Below are positions 45,401 to 58,948 of a stretch of DNA of 64,000 nucleotides, in pieces. The notes beneath the pieces are model-generated. The model did no database searches and had not been told where the DNA came from. It saw only the letters and a program-made list of their open reading frames with translations. Source of the DNA: Heterodontus francisci (Eukaryota); assembly GCF_036365525.1 (NCBI RefSeq), contig NW_027141363.1, positions 1,240,001 to 1,304,000 on the forward strand. The letters run 5' to 3'. Within the stretch, counting starts at the first letter, position 1. Each line of letters starts with the position of its first letter. The translations under genes and the position numbers were made by a program.

Positions 45401-48400
45401 TGAGAGTGAGTTCGCAGAGTGGATTTCTCTCTCTGAGTGAGAGGAACAGGAGGGAGAGAGACGCAGGAGAGTGAGGGAATCAGAAGGGGAGAGGAGGGAT
45501 TGCTGGCTGTTATCATTTTGCTTCTTTTGGGATCTTGCTGTGTACAAATAGCCTGCACAATTTTCCTACATGACAACAATGAGGACACTTTAAAATTCAG
45601 CCTCCTGAGGGTCTGAGTGTGGATTCCTGGGTGTTTTTAACAACAATTTTGTGAATCTGAGGGTGAAATGAAACATACGGCAGCCATTTTAGCTTGAGAG
45701 TCAGTTCGCAGAGTGGATTTCTCTCTCTGAGTGAGAGGAACAGGAGGGAGAGAGATGCAGGAGAGTGAGGGTGTCAGAGGGGGAGAGGAGGGATTGCTGG
45801 CTGTTATCACACTGCTGCTTGTGGGATCTTGCTGTGTACAAATAGTTTGCAGAATTTTCCTACATGACAACAATGAGAACACTTTAAAATTCAGCTTCCT
45901 GAGGGACTGAGTGTGGATTCCTCAGTGTTTTTACAAGAATTTTGAGAATCTGAGGGTGAAATTAAACATACGGCAGCCATTTTAGCTTGAGAGTGAGTTC
46001 GCAGAGTGGATTTCTCTCTCTGAGTGAGAGGAAAAGGAGGGAGAGAGACGCAGGAGAGTGAGGGAATCAGAAGGGGAGAGGAGGGATTGCTGGCTGTTAT
46101 CATTTTGCTTCTTTTGGGATCTTGCTGTGAACAAATAGCCTGCACAATTTTCCTACATGACAACAATGAGGACACTTTAAAATTCAGCTTCCTGAGGGTC
46201 TGAGTGTGGATTCCTTGGTGTTTTTAACAACAATATTGTAAATCTGAAGGTGAAATGAAACATACGGCAGCCATTTTAGCTTCAGAGTCAGTTCGCAGAG
46301 TGGATTTCTCTCCCTCTCTGAGTGAGACAAACAGGAGAGTGAGGGAATCAGAGAGGGAGAGGAGGGATAGCTGGCTGTTATCACACTGCTGCTTGTGGGA
46401 TCTTGCCCTGCAAATTTCCTACATGACAACAATGAGCACACTTTAAAATTCAGCTTCCTGAGGGTCTGAGTGTGGATTCCTTGGTGTTTTTAAAAAGAAT
46501 TCTCCCAATCTGAGGGTGAAATGAAATATACGGCAGCCATTTTAGCTTGAGAGTCAGTTCGCAGAGTGGATTTCTCTCACTGAGTGAGACAAAGAAAAGG
46601 GAGAGAGATGCAGGAGAGTGAGGGAATCAGAAGGGGAGAGGAGGGATTGCTGGCTGTTATCATTTTGCTTCTTTTGGGATCTTGCTGTGTACAAATTGCC
46701 TGCACAATTTTCCTACATGACAACAATGAGAACACTTTAAAATTCAGCTTCCTGAGGGTCTGAGTGTGGATTCCTCAGTGTTTGTACAAGAATTTTCTGA
46801 ATCTGAGGGTGAAATGAAATATACGGCAGCCATTTTAGCTTGAGAGTCAGGTCGCAGAGTGGATTTCTCTCACTGAGTGAGAGGAACAGGAGGGAGAGAG
46901 ACGCAGGAGAGTGAGGGAATCAGAGGGATAGCTGGCTGTTAACACACTGCTGCTTGTGGGATCTTGCTGTGTACAAATGCCCTGAACATTTCCTACATGA
47001 CAACAATGACAACACTTTAAAATTTTGCTTCCTGAGGGTCTGAGTGTGGATTCCTTGGTGTTTTTACCAGAATTTTCTGAATCTGAGGGTCAAATGAAAC
47101 ATCCGGCAGCCATTTTAGCTTGAGAGTCAGTTCGCAGAGTGGATTTCTCTCTCTGAGTGAGAGGAACAGGAGGGAGAGAGACACAGGAGAGTGAGGGAAT
47201 CAGAAGGGGAGAGGAGGGATAGCTGGCTGTTATCATTTTGCTTCTTTTGGGATCTTGCTGTGTACAAATAGCCTGCACAATTTTCCTACATGACAACAAT
47301 GAGAGCACTTTAAAATTCAGCCTCCTGAGGGTCTGAGTGTGGATTCCTTGGTGTTTTTACAAGAATTTTCTGAATCTGAGGGTGAAATGAAACATACGGC
47401 AGCCATTTTAGCTTGAGAGTCAGTTCGCAGAGTGGATTTCTCTCTCTGAGAGAGAGGAAAGGAGGGAGAGTGATGCAGGAGAGTGAGGGTGTCAGAGGGG
47501 GAGAAGAGGGATAGCTGGCTGTTATCACACTGCTGCTTGTGGGATCTTGCTGTGTACAAAGAGCTTGCAGAATATTCCTACATGACAACAATGAGAACAC
47601 TTTAAAATTCAGCTTCCTGAGGGTCTGAGTGTGGATTCCTCAGTGTTTTTACAAGAATTTTGAGAATCTGAGGGTGAAATTAAACATACGGCAGCCATTT
47701 TAGCTTGAGAGTGAGTTCGCAGAGTGGATTTCTCTCTGAGTGAGAGGAACAGGAGGGAGAGAGACGCAGGAGACTGAGGGAATCAGAGGGGGAGAGGAGG
47801 GATTGCTGGCTGTTAACACACTGCTGCTTTTGGGATCTTGCTGTGTACAAATGCCCTGCACAATTTCCTACATGACAACAATGAGAACACTTTAAAATTC
47901 AGCTTCCTGAAGGTCTGAGTGTGGATTCCTTGGTGTTTTTACAAGAATTCTCCGAATCTGAGGGTGAAATGAAATATACGGCAGCCATTTTAGCTTGAGA
48001 GTCAGTTCGCAGAGTGGATTTCTCTCACTGAGTGAGAGGAAAAGGAGGGAGAGAGACGCAGGAGAGTGAGGGAATCAGAGGGATAGCTGGCTGTTATCAC
48101 ACTGCTGCTTTTGGGATCTTGCTGTGTACAAATCTCCTGTTGCATTTACTACATGACAACAATGAGAACACTTTAAAATTCAGCTTCCTGAGGGTCTGAG
48201 TGTGGATTCCTTGGAGTTTTCACAAGAATTTTGTGAATCTGAGGGTGAAATGAAACGTACGGCAGCCATTTACGCTTCAGAGTCAGTTCGCAGAGTGGAT
48301 TTCTCTCTCTCTCGCTCTGAGACTAACAGGAGGGAGAGAGACGCAGGAGAGTGAGGGAATCAGAGGGGGAGAGGAGGGGTTGCTGGCTGTTATCACACTG

Positions 48401-51400
48401 CTGCTTGTGGGATCTTGCCCTGCACATTTCCTACATGACAACAATGAGAAAACTTTAAAATTCAGCTTCCTGAGGGTCTGAGTGTGGATTCCTGGGTGTT
48501 TTTACCAGAATTTTCTGAATCTGAGCGTGAATTGAAACATACGGCAGCCATTTTAGCTTGAGAGTCATTTCGCAGAGTGGATTTCTCTCTCTGAGTGAGA
48601 GGAACAGGAGGGAGAGAGATGCAGGAGAGTGAGGGAATCAGAGTGGGAGAGGAGGGATAGCTGGCTGTTATCACACTGCTGCTTGTGGGATCTTGCTGTG
48701 TACAAAGAGCTTGCAGAATATTCCTACATGACAACAATGAGAACACTTTAAAATTCAGCTTCCTGAGGGTCTGAGTGTGGATTCCTCAGTGTTTTCACAA
48801 GAATTTTGAGAATCTGAGGGTGAAATTAAACATACGGCAGCCATTTTAGCTTGAGAGTGAGTTCGCAGAGTGGATTTCTCGCTCTGAGTGAGAGGAACAG
48901 GAGGGAGAGAGACGCAGGAGAGTGAGGGAATCAGAAGGGGAGAGGAGGGATTGCTGGCTGTTATCATTTTGCTTCTTTTGGGATCTTGCTGTGAACAAAT
49001 AGCCTGCACAATTTTCCTACATGACAACAATGAGAACACTTTAAAATTCAGCCTCCTGAGGGTCTGAGTGTGGATTCCTTGGTGTTTTAACAAGAATTCT
49101 GTGAATCTGAGGGTGAAATGAAACGTACGGCAGCCATTTTCGCTTCAGAGTCAGTTCGCAGAGTGGATTTCTCTCCCTCTCTGAGTGAGACAAACAGGAG
49201 AGTGAGGGAATCAGAGAGGGAGAGGAGGGATAGCTGGCTGTTATCACACTGCTGCTTGTGGGATCTTGCCCTGCAAATTTCCTACATGACAACAATGAGC
49301 ACACTTTAAAATTCAGCTTCCTGAGGGTCTGAGTGTGGATTCCTTGGTGTTTTTAACAACAATTCTGTAAATCTGAGGGTGAAATGAAACATACGGCAGC
49401 CATTTTAGCTTGAGAGTCAGTTCGCAGAGTGGATTTCTCTATGAGTGAGAGGAACAGGAGGGAGAGAGATGCAGGAGAGTGAGGGAATCAGAGGGGGAGA
49501 GGAGGGATTGCTGGCTGTTATCACACTGCTGCTTTTGGGATCTTGCTGTGTACAAATGCCCTGAACATTTCCTACATGACAACAATGAGAACACTTTAAA
49601 ATTCAGCTTCCTGAGGGTCTGAGTGTGGATTCCTTGGTGTTTTTACAAGATTTCTCTGAATCTGAGGGTGAAATGAAACATACGGCAGCCATTTTAGCTT
49701 GAGAGTCAGTTCGCAGAGTGGATTTCTCTCTCTGAGTGAGAGGAACAGGAGGGAGAGAGACGCAGGAGACTGAGGGAATCAGAGGGGGAGAGGAGGGATA
49801 GCTGGCTGCTATCACACTGCTGCTTTTGGGATCTTGCTGTGTACAAATCTCCTGTTGCATTTCCTACATGACAACAATGAGAACACTTTAAAATTCAGCT
49901 TCCTGAGGGTCTGAGTGTGGATTCCTCAGTGTTTTTAAAATAATTCTCCGAATCTGAGGGTGAAATAAAACATACGGCAGCCATTTTAGCTTGAGAGTCA
50001 GTTCACAGAGTGGATTTCTCTCTCTGAGTGAGAGGAACAGGAGGGAGAGTGATGCAGGAGAGTGAGGGAATCAGAAGGGGAGAGGAGGGATAGCTGGCTG
50101 TTATCATTTTACTTCTTTTGGGATCTTGCTGTGTACAAATAGCCTGAACAATTTTCCTACATGACAACAATAAGAACACTTTAAAATTCATCTTCCTGAG
50201 GGTCTGAGTGTGGATTCCTCGGTGTTTTTAACAAGAATTTTGTGAATCTGAGGGTGAAATGAAACGTACGGCAGCCATTTACGCTTCAGAGTCAGTTCGC
50301 AGAGTGGATTTCTCTCTCTCTCGCTCTGAGACTAACAGGAGGGAGAGAGACGCAGGAGAGTGAGGGAATCAGAGTGGAAGAGGAGGGGTTGCTGGCTGTT
50401 ATCACACTGCTGCTTGTGGGATCTTGCCCTGCACATTTCCTACATGACAACAATGAGAAAACTTTAAAATTCAGCTTCCTGAGGGTCTGAGTGTGGATTC
50501 CTGGGTGTTTTTACCAGAATTTTCTGAATCTGAGCGTGAATTGAAACATACGGCAGCCATTTTAGCTTGAGAGTCATTTCGCAGAGTGGATTTCTCTCTC
50601 TGAGTGAGAGGAACAGGAGGGAGAGAGATGCAGGAGAGTGAGGGAATCAGAGTGGGAGAGGAGGGATTGCTGGCTGTTATCACACTGCTGCTTTTGGGAT
50701 CTTGCTGTGTACAAATCTCCTGTAGCATTTCCTACATGACAACAATGAGAACACTTTAAAATTCAGCTTCCTGAGGGACTGAGTGTGGATTCCTCAGTGT
50801 TTTTACAAGAATTTTGAGAATCTGAGGGTGAAATTAAACATACGGCAGCCATTTTAGCTTGAGAGTCAGTTCGCAGAGTGGATTTCTCTCACTGAGTGAG
50901 ACAAAGAAAAGGGAGAGAGATGCAGGAGAGTGAGGGAATCAGAAGGGGAGAGGAGGGATTGCTGGCTGTTATCATTTTGCTTCTTTTGGGATCTTGCTGT
51001 GTCCAAATTGCCTGCACAATTTTCCTACATGACAACAATGACAACACTATAAAATTCAGCTTCCTGAGGGTCTGAGTGTGGATTCCTTGGTGTTTTTAAC
51101 AACAATATTGCAAATCTGAGGGTGAAATGAAACATACGGCAGCCATTTTAGCTTGAGAGTCAGTTCGCAGAGTGGATTTCTTGCCCTCTCTGAGTGAGCC
51201 GGACAGGCAGGAGAGTGAGGGAATCAGAGGGGGAGAGGAAGGATAGCTGCCTGTTATCACACTGCTGCTTTTGGGATCTTGCTGTGTACAAATGCCCTGA
51301 ACATTTCCTACATGACAACAATGAGAACACTTTAAAATTCAGCTTCCTGAGGGTCTGAGTGTGGATTCCTGGGTGTTTTTAAAAGAATTCTCTGAATCTG

Positions 51401-54400
51401 AGGGTGAAATGAAACATACGGCAGCCATTTTAGCTTGAGAGTCAGTTTGCAGAGTGGATTTCTCTCTCTCTCTGAGTGAGAGGAACAGGCAGGAGAGTGA
51501 GGGAATCAGAGGGAGAGAGGAGGGATAGCTGGCAGTTATCACACTGCTGCTTGTGGGATCTTGCTGTGTACAAATGCCCTGCACATTTCCTACATGACAA
51601 CAATGAGAACACTTTAAAATTCAGCTTCCTGAGGGTCTGAGTGTGGATTCCTGGGTGTTTTTAAAAGAATTCTCTGAATCTGAGGGTGAAATGAAACATC
51701 CGGCAGCCATTTTAGCTTGAGAGTCAGTTCGCAGAGTGGATTTCTCTCTGAGTGAGAGGAACAGGAGGGAGAGTGATGCAGGAGAGTGAGGGTGTCAGAG
51801 GGGGAGAGGAGGGATAGCTGGCTGCTATCACACTGCTGCTTTTGGGATCTTGCTGTGTACAAATAGCCAGCACAAATTTCCTACATGACAACAATGAGAA
51901 CATTTTAAAATTCATCTTCCTGAGGGTCTGAGTGTGGATTCCTTGGTGTTTTTAACAACAATTTTGTAAATCTGAGGGTGAAATGAAACATACGGCAGCC
52001 ATTTTAGCTTGAGAGTCAGTTCGCAGAGTGGATTTCTCTCTCTGAGTGAGAGGAACAGGAGGGAGAGTGATGCAGGAGAGTGAGGGAATCAGAAGGGGAG
52101 AGGAGGGATTGCTGGCTGTTATCATTTTGCTTCTTTTGGGATCTTGCTGTGTACAAATAGCCTGCACAGTTTCCCTACATGACAACAATGAGAACATTTT
52201 AAAATTCAGCTTCCTGAGGGTCTGAGTGTGGATTCCTTGGTGTTTTTAACAACAATTTTGTCAATCTGAGGGTGAAATGAAACATACGGCAGCCATTTTA
52301 GCTTGAGAGTGTGTTCGCAGAGTGGATTTCTCCCTCTCAGTGTGAGGAACAGGAGGGAGAGAGACGCAGGAGAGTGAGGGAATCAGAGTGGAAGAGGAGG
52401 GATAGCTGGCTGTTAACACACTGCTGCTTGTGGGATCTTGACCTGCACATTTCCTACATGACAAACAATGAGAACACTTTAAAATTCTGCTTCCTGAGGG
52501 TCTGAGTGTGGATTCCTTGGTGTTTTTAACAAGAATTCTCTGAATCTGAGGGTGAAATGAAACATACGGCAGCCATTTTAGCTTGAGTCAGTTCGCAGAG
52601 TGGATTTCTCTCTCTGAGTGAGAGGAACAGGAGGGAGAGAGACGCAGGAGACTGAGGGAATCAGAAGGGGAGAGGAGGGATTGCTGGCTGTCATCATTTT
52701 GCTTCTTTTGGGATCTTGCTGTGTACAAATAGCCTGCAGAATTTTCCTAAATGACAACAATGAGAACACTTTAAAATTCAGCTTCCTGAGGGTCTGAGTG
52801 TGGATTCCTGGGTGTTTTTAACAAGAATTCTCTGAATCTGAGGGTGAAATGAAACATACGGCAGCCATTTTAGCTTGAGAGTCAGTTCGCAGAGTGGATT
52901 TCTCTCTGGGTGAGAGGAACAGGAGGGAGAGAGACGCAGGAGAGTGAGGGAATCTGAAGGGGAGAGGAGGGATTGCTGGCTGTCATCATTTTGCTTCTTT
53001 TGGGATCTTGCTGTGTACAAATAGCCTGCACAGTTTCCCTACACGACAACAATGACAACACTTTAAAATTCAGCTTCCTGAGGGTCTGAGTGTGGATTCC
53101 TGGGTGTTTTTAACAACACTTTTGTGAATCTGAGGGTGAAATGAAACATACGGCAGCCATTTTAGCTTGAGAGTCAGTTCGCAGAGTGGATTTCTCTCTC
53201 TGAGTGAGAGGAACAGGAGGGAGAGAGATGCAGGACAGTGAGGGAATCAGAAGGGGAGAGGAGGGATTGCTGGCTGTTATCATTTTGCTTCTTTTGGGAT
53301 CTTGCTGTGTACAAATAGCCTGCACAGTTTCCCTACATGACAACAATGAGGACACTTTAAAATTCAGCTTCCTGAGGGTCTGAGTGTGGATTCCTGGGTG
53401 TTTTTAACAACAATTTTGTGAATCTGAGGGTGAAATGAAACATACGGCAGCCATTTTAGCTTGAGAGTCAGTTCGCAGAGTGGATTTCTCTCTCTGAGTG
53501 AGAGGAACAGGAGGGAGAGAGATGCAGGAGAGTGAGGGTGTCAGAGGGGGAGAGGAGGGATTGCTGGCTGTTATCACACTGCTGCTTGTGGGATCTTGCT
53601 GTGTACAAATAGTTTGCAGAATTTTCCTACATGACAACAATGAGAACACTTTAAAATTCAGCTTCCTGAGGGACTGAGTGTGGATTCCTCAGTGTTTTTA
53701 CAAGAATTTTGAGAATCTGAGGGTGAAATTAAACATACGGCAGCCATTTTAGCTTGAGAGTGAGTTCGCAGCGTGGATTTCTCTCTCTCTGAGTGAGAGG
53801 AACAGGAGGGAGAGAGACGCAGGAGAGTGAGGGAATCAGAAGGGGAGAGGAGGGATTGCTGGCTGTTATCATTTTGCTTCTTTTGGAATCTTGCTGTGAA
53901 CAAATAGCCTGCACAATTTTCCTACATGACAACAATGAGGACACTTTAAAATTCAGCTTCCTGAGGGTCTGAGTGTGGATTCCTCAGTGTTTTTATCAAG
54001 AATTTGGTAAATCTGAGGGTGACATGAAACATCCGGCAGCCATTTTAGCTTGAGAGTCAGTTCGCAGAGTGGATTTCTCTCCCTCTCTGAGTGAGATGAA
54101 CAGGAGGGAGAGAAACGCAGGAGAGTGAGGGAATCAGAAGGGGAGAGGAGGGATAGCTGGCTGTTATCATTTTACTTCTTTTGGGATCTTGCTGTGTACA
54201 AATAGCCTGAACAATTTTCCTACATGACAACAATGAGAACACTTTAAAATTCAGCTTCCTGAGGGTCTGAGTGTGGATTCCTTGGTGTTTTTAACAACAA
54301 TATTGTAAATCTGAGGGTGAAATGAAACATACGGCAGCCATTTTAGCTTGAGAGTCAGTTCGCAGAGTGGATTTCTCTCTGAGTGAGAGGAACAGGAGGG

Positions 54401-54776
54401 AGAGAGATGCAGGAGAGTGAGGGCGTCAGAGGGGGAGAGTAGGAATAGCTGGCTGTTATCACACTGCTGCTTGTGGGATCTTGCTGTGTACAAAGAGCTT
54501 GCAGAATTTTCCAACATGACAACAATGAGAACACTTTAAAATTCAGCTTCCTGAGGGTCTGAGTGTGGATTCCTCAGTGTTTTTATCAAGAATTTTGTAA
54601 ATCTGAGGGTGACATGAAACATCCGGCAGCCATTTTAACTTGAGAGTCAGTTCGCAGAGTGGATTTCTCTCTCTGAGCGAGAGGAACAGGAGGGAGAGAG
54701 ATGCAGGAGAGTGAGGGAATCAGAGGGGGAGAAGAGGGATAGCTGGCTGTTATCACACTGCTGCTTGTGGGATCTT
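36420..54776. repeat. ~292-bp satellite array, complete (~18.4 kb, ~63 monomers)
   Basis: Same monomer as 1-8726. It ends at the identical junction GGGATCTT|TAATAG. Confidence 0.97.
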
Positions 54777-56817
54777 TAATAGTCAAAATACACACACACA
54801 GCAGTGCAATTTGTTGTACTTTTAAATGGTGAGACAGAAATATTTCATAGCTATTTTCAGTTAACATCACATATGAGATAGAAGGACAAAAACAGATATG
54901 GACAGAGAGAGAGAGAGAGAGAGAGAGACAGGAGAGAGAGAGAGATACAGAGCCAGACACACACTGGTGGAGGGAACTGTCTGAACCCTTTTAGTCTCTG
55001 GTTTATTAGCTGTGATTTGTTTGTATTTGCGTGCTGCTGAGAGAGTGTCTGTGTAACCGAAGTCAATTCCTGGGTTCTTGCTGTGATATTTTCTTTAACA
55101 ATGCCTTTTAATCAATTTTCTCTCTCTCTTGCCTTAGGAATTTTCACTCACACACACACACACACACACAGATTTTACATTCCATACTGATGTTAGTAAA
55201 ACTGGCCAACAGAAGCTCAGTAACAATCCCCAGTGTCTGCCCAGTCCTGAGAGAGAGATATAGGGAGTGACAGAGAGAGAGAGACAGTGGAAGAGGGAAT
55301 ACAAAACAGCTTGTAGGAGAAACTTGACATTTATTTGTGTTCCACAGATTTTATTAAAAAGTTGCAAGGGACTAGACACTGCAAAAGCTGTCAGTGCACA
55401 ACAACAAGAAGAAGCCTGAGAGACTTTAGAAGTGGGAGAAGGTGGGGGGGGGGGGGAGAGAAACTTTAAAATCCACACTGATGTCAGTTAAAAATCCCCA
55501 AACACAACCTCAGTATTAATCCCCATTATCTGCTCAGTCCTGTCTTGTGGGGTTTAGTGTCAAGGTTTTTAGTGGGTGAGAGTGTTGGATCAGTCTTTCC
55601 AATTTTCAAACAGCAAGGAAAGAGTTAAAGGTTTTAAAGTGAACTAAGAGATAGCTGAAAGCAATTGCTGTGCTGGGATTAACATATGAAAGGACTGGAA
55701 GAGTCAGGAAGGTTCTGTCCTGGGATTAACATATCAATGGACAGGCTCTAGCAGGCAGAGAGATTGAGAGACAGCCCAGCAGTCTGTTTCAGTGTGAGGT
55801 GAGGGTGAGGGGGAGATCTCTCTCTCTCTCTCTCAATCTGCTTTATAAACTGTGATTTGATTCAGTTTGAATATTGCTGATGTTTCTGGAACTGAGAGAG
55901 GAAACCCTGGGCTCTTGCTGTGCGAATTCGTTTTAAAATGTCCTCGCTTTGGATTTAAAATGCAATGTGTTTTTTTAATTTTTGTTTCTCTCTCTTTCCT
56001 TCTTTGCCTGGAGGAATTTTCATGGTGAAAACTGCATGGTGAAGGTGGAAAGAGGGAAAGTTTGGCGATGAGCAATCCCTTGGACAGGACCTTCCTGCAG
56101 AGGGGACAGAGTGAGGCCTTGTCCACAGGCTGCAGCCCAGTGGCTCCACGTGAGTTGTGTCGCTTTGTATCAGCGGCCCAGTTTTCATTTTCCTCTCTGG
56201 GGCAGCGAGGAAATGAAACCTGGGCAAAGGTGAAGGTGTCTAAAGGCTTGTTTCAATTGCCCCAATAAAGCTGCTGTTTGTGGGCAGTGCCTTGAACCGG
56301 AGGCTGAAATGAAACGTTCAGCAGTCATTTTAACCTGACAGTGAGTTGGGAGAGTGGATTTCTCTCTCTCTCTCTGAGTGGAGTGAGTGAGTGAGTGAGA
56401 GAGAGGCAGGAGAGTGAGAGAAACATGGATGGAATCAGAGGAGTGGAGGGAGTGAGTGAGGGAGGAAGGGAGGGGGGTAGCTGCCTGTTATCACACTGCT
56501 GCTTGTGGCATGTTACTGTTCACAAACAGCCTGCAGCTTTTCTAACATTGTAATAGTGACAAGCACTTTAAAAAATTAAAAAATTCAACAACAACCTCAG
56601 CAGGATAAACAGCAACAAAGTCAACAACAACTTCAGCAGGAGAAAAAAACAACAAATTCAACAACAACTTCAGCAGGATCTGCACGTTGTCTGTTCGTGG
56701 GATCTTGCCTTGTAGAAACTGGCTGCCACACTTGCTGCATTACAGCAGTGGCTGTACTTCGAAACAGTAGCAAAGAATATGGGAATAGCAAAACATATGA
56801 GATTAGCAAAACTGTGA

Positions 56818-57118
56818 GATCTTGGGCTTCATAAATAGAGGCACTGCCTACAAAATATGGGAAGTTATGCTGAATCTTTATAAAGCTCTAGTTGGGCCAC
56901 AACTGGACAATTGCATCCAGTTCTGCACACCACACTTTAGGAAGGAGGTGAGTTTCCTTGAGAGGGTGTGGAGGAGATTTACCAATATGGTTCCGGGGAT
57001 AGGGGATTTTAATTACAAGGTTAGGTTGGAAAACCTGGAGAAAATGAGATTGAGTGGAGACCTGATAGAGGTGTACAAGATTGTGACAGGTTTAGATGAG
57101 GATCACAAAGGAAAGCTG
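56818..57118 (+). mobile_element. CR1-clade LINE fragment (duplicate of 10800-11100)
   Basis: Same translation as the first copy. Confidence 0.85.
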
Positions 57119-57795
57119 CTCCTCACCCAGGAGTCAGTTCCCCAGCTCCACTGACTAGTCCCACAGTGTTGGTGTTCCTGCTCCTCGCTCCAGCTGCAGG
57201 GAATTTACAGCACAGAAACAGACCATTCGGCCAGACACGTCCATGCAGGCCTTTTTGGTCCACACGAACGTCGTTCCACGCCCTCTTCATCTCGCCACAA
57301 GCCACATCTCCTTCTGTTCCTCTCTCCCTCATGTCCTATGCAGCTTCCCCACCCCCACCCCCCAGCTTAAATACATCTTGCCTATTCCCCTCAGCCTGTG
57401 GTAATGAGTTCCACATTCTCCCCACTCTCTGGGTGAAGATGTTTCTCCCGAATTCCCAATTGGATTTATTGGTGACTGTCTTATATTGATGACCCCTCCC
57501 CCTTTTTCTGGACTCACCCGCAAATGGAAAAAATCTTCTCTACATTTATCTGATCAAAACCACTTTCATAATCTTAAAGAGCTCTATCAGGTCACTCCTC
57601 AGCCTTCTCTTTTCTGGAGAAAAGAGCCCCAGTCTGTTCAGTCTTTTCCTGATCATTATAACCTCTCAGTTCTGATATCATCCTTGAACATCTTTCTGTG
57701 TCTTCTTCATGTCGAAGACATGTTCACACTGCAATAGATAAACCAAACAGGATACAGAGCTGCAGGCTTTTATCTGAAACAGGTGTTTCTGTTGG

Positions 57796-57834
57796 TGTTT
57801 TTGTTGAACTGCTCCATCTCTCTGAGTCACTGTG
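57796..57834 (-). other. 23-RSS of the V1 copy
   Basis: CACAGTG at 57828-57834, 23-bp spacer, ACAAAAACA. Confidence 0.95.
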
Positions 57835-58130
57835 CTGACTCCAGGCACAGAAATACAGCGCCGAGCGATTCTCCTGCAGGCTGGAGGACTCCAGGTTGAA
57901 CTGGGAACCAGTCGGTCGTTTGGCAGTGAAACCCTCCACCGTCCCCTCTGAGTTCACACTTGGTGTAACTGCGGAGTAAAACATCAGCCGCAGCTCCTTC
58001 CCCAGGTCCTGTCTGTACCAGAACATGTAACCGCTACTCTGGCCCTCCACACGGCACTCCAGTCCCACTCCCTCCCCAGGAAATCTGGAGACGGCGGTGG
58101 GAGTCTGGTGGACCCTCGCTGAGATCGCGC
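57835..58130 (-). CDS. TRBV: TRBV segment V1 copy, V exon
   Basis: Protein identical to that of 11817-12112. The acceptor here is TTCCCCCAG. Confidence 0.92.
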
Positions 58131-58290
58131 CTGGGGGAAGAGACCGGGAGAGAAGAAGGTCAGTGAACAGGGACAATCTGGGATGTGAAGAATGAAACAA
58201 GGAGAGAAAGATAGAGAGAAAGAAAATAAGAAAGACAGCTGTTGACACAAATAATGGGGGTGTGGGGTGGTGGTGAGAAAGATCCCTTAC

Positions 58291-58327
58291 TTTGAAATAA
58301 GACCATGAGACTCAGTAACAGATACAT
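58291..58327 (-). CDS. TRBV: Leader exon of the V1 copy
   Basis: MYLLLSLMVLFQ followed by A|GTAAG. Confidence 0.85.
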
Positions 58328-58627
58328 CTTTCACTGGAAGCTGAACCTGCAATTGGGAAATCAGTGGAAAGAAGAGAGTTGAGTCTTGTGAGAAGCCACA
58401 TGAAGACTCAAGCAAGTGATTGAGGTTTGCCCAACACCTCCCTCCCTGATGGGGAACCCACGCCCCTCTCTCTACCATTGGCTGCCAGTAGTTGCTGTTG
58501 CATTTGTTGGTATCATTCTGCTGCTGAAGTTGTTGTTGTATTTGTTGTTGTATTTGCTGGTGTTTTTCTCCGACTGAGGTTGTTGGATTTGTTGTTGCTT
58601 GAATCTCCTTCTGAGGTAGTTGTTGTA

Positions 58628-58948
58628 ATAAAAGCAAAATACTGCGGATGCTGGAAATCTGAAATAAAAACAAGAAATGCTGGAACCACTCAGCAGGTCT
58701 GGCAGCATCTGTGAAAAGAGAAGCAGGATTAAAGTTTCGGGTCAGTGACCCTTCATCGGAACTGACAAATATTAGAAAAGTCACAGGTTATAAGCAAGTG
58801 ACGTGGGGGTGGGGCTAGAGGTAACAAAGGAGGTCTAGATTGGACCAGGCCACATAGCTGACCAAAAGGGCACGGAGCAAAGGCAAACAATATGTTAATG
58901 GTGTGTTGAAAGACAAAGCATGAGTACAGATTAGGTGTTAATACACTG
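58628..58948 (-). mobile_element. Penelope-like fragment (duplicate of 12610-12930)
   Basis: Same sequence as the first copy. Confidence 0.6.

Noticed and set aside
36420-54776. Satellite as an array of D/J segments (CACAGCA heptamer-like on the minus strand)
   Set aside because: There is no acceptable nonamer at 12 or 23 bp and no FGxG J motif. The heptamer-like word lies in the SINE-like part of the monomer.
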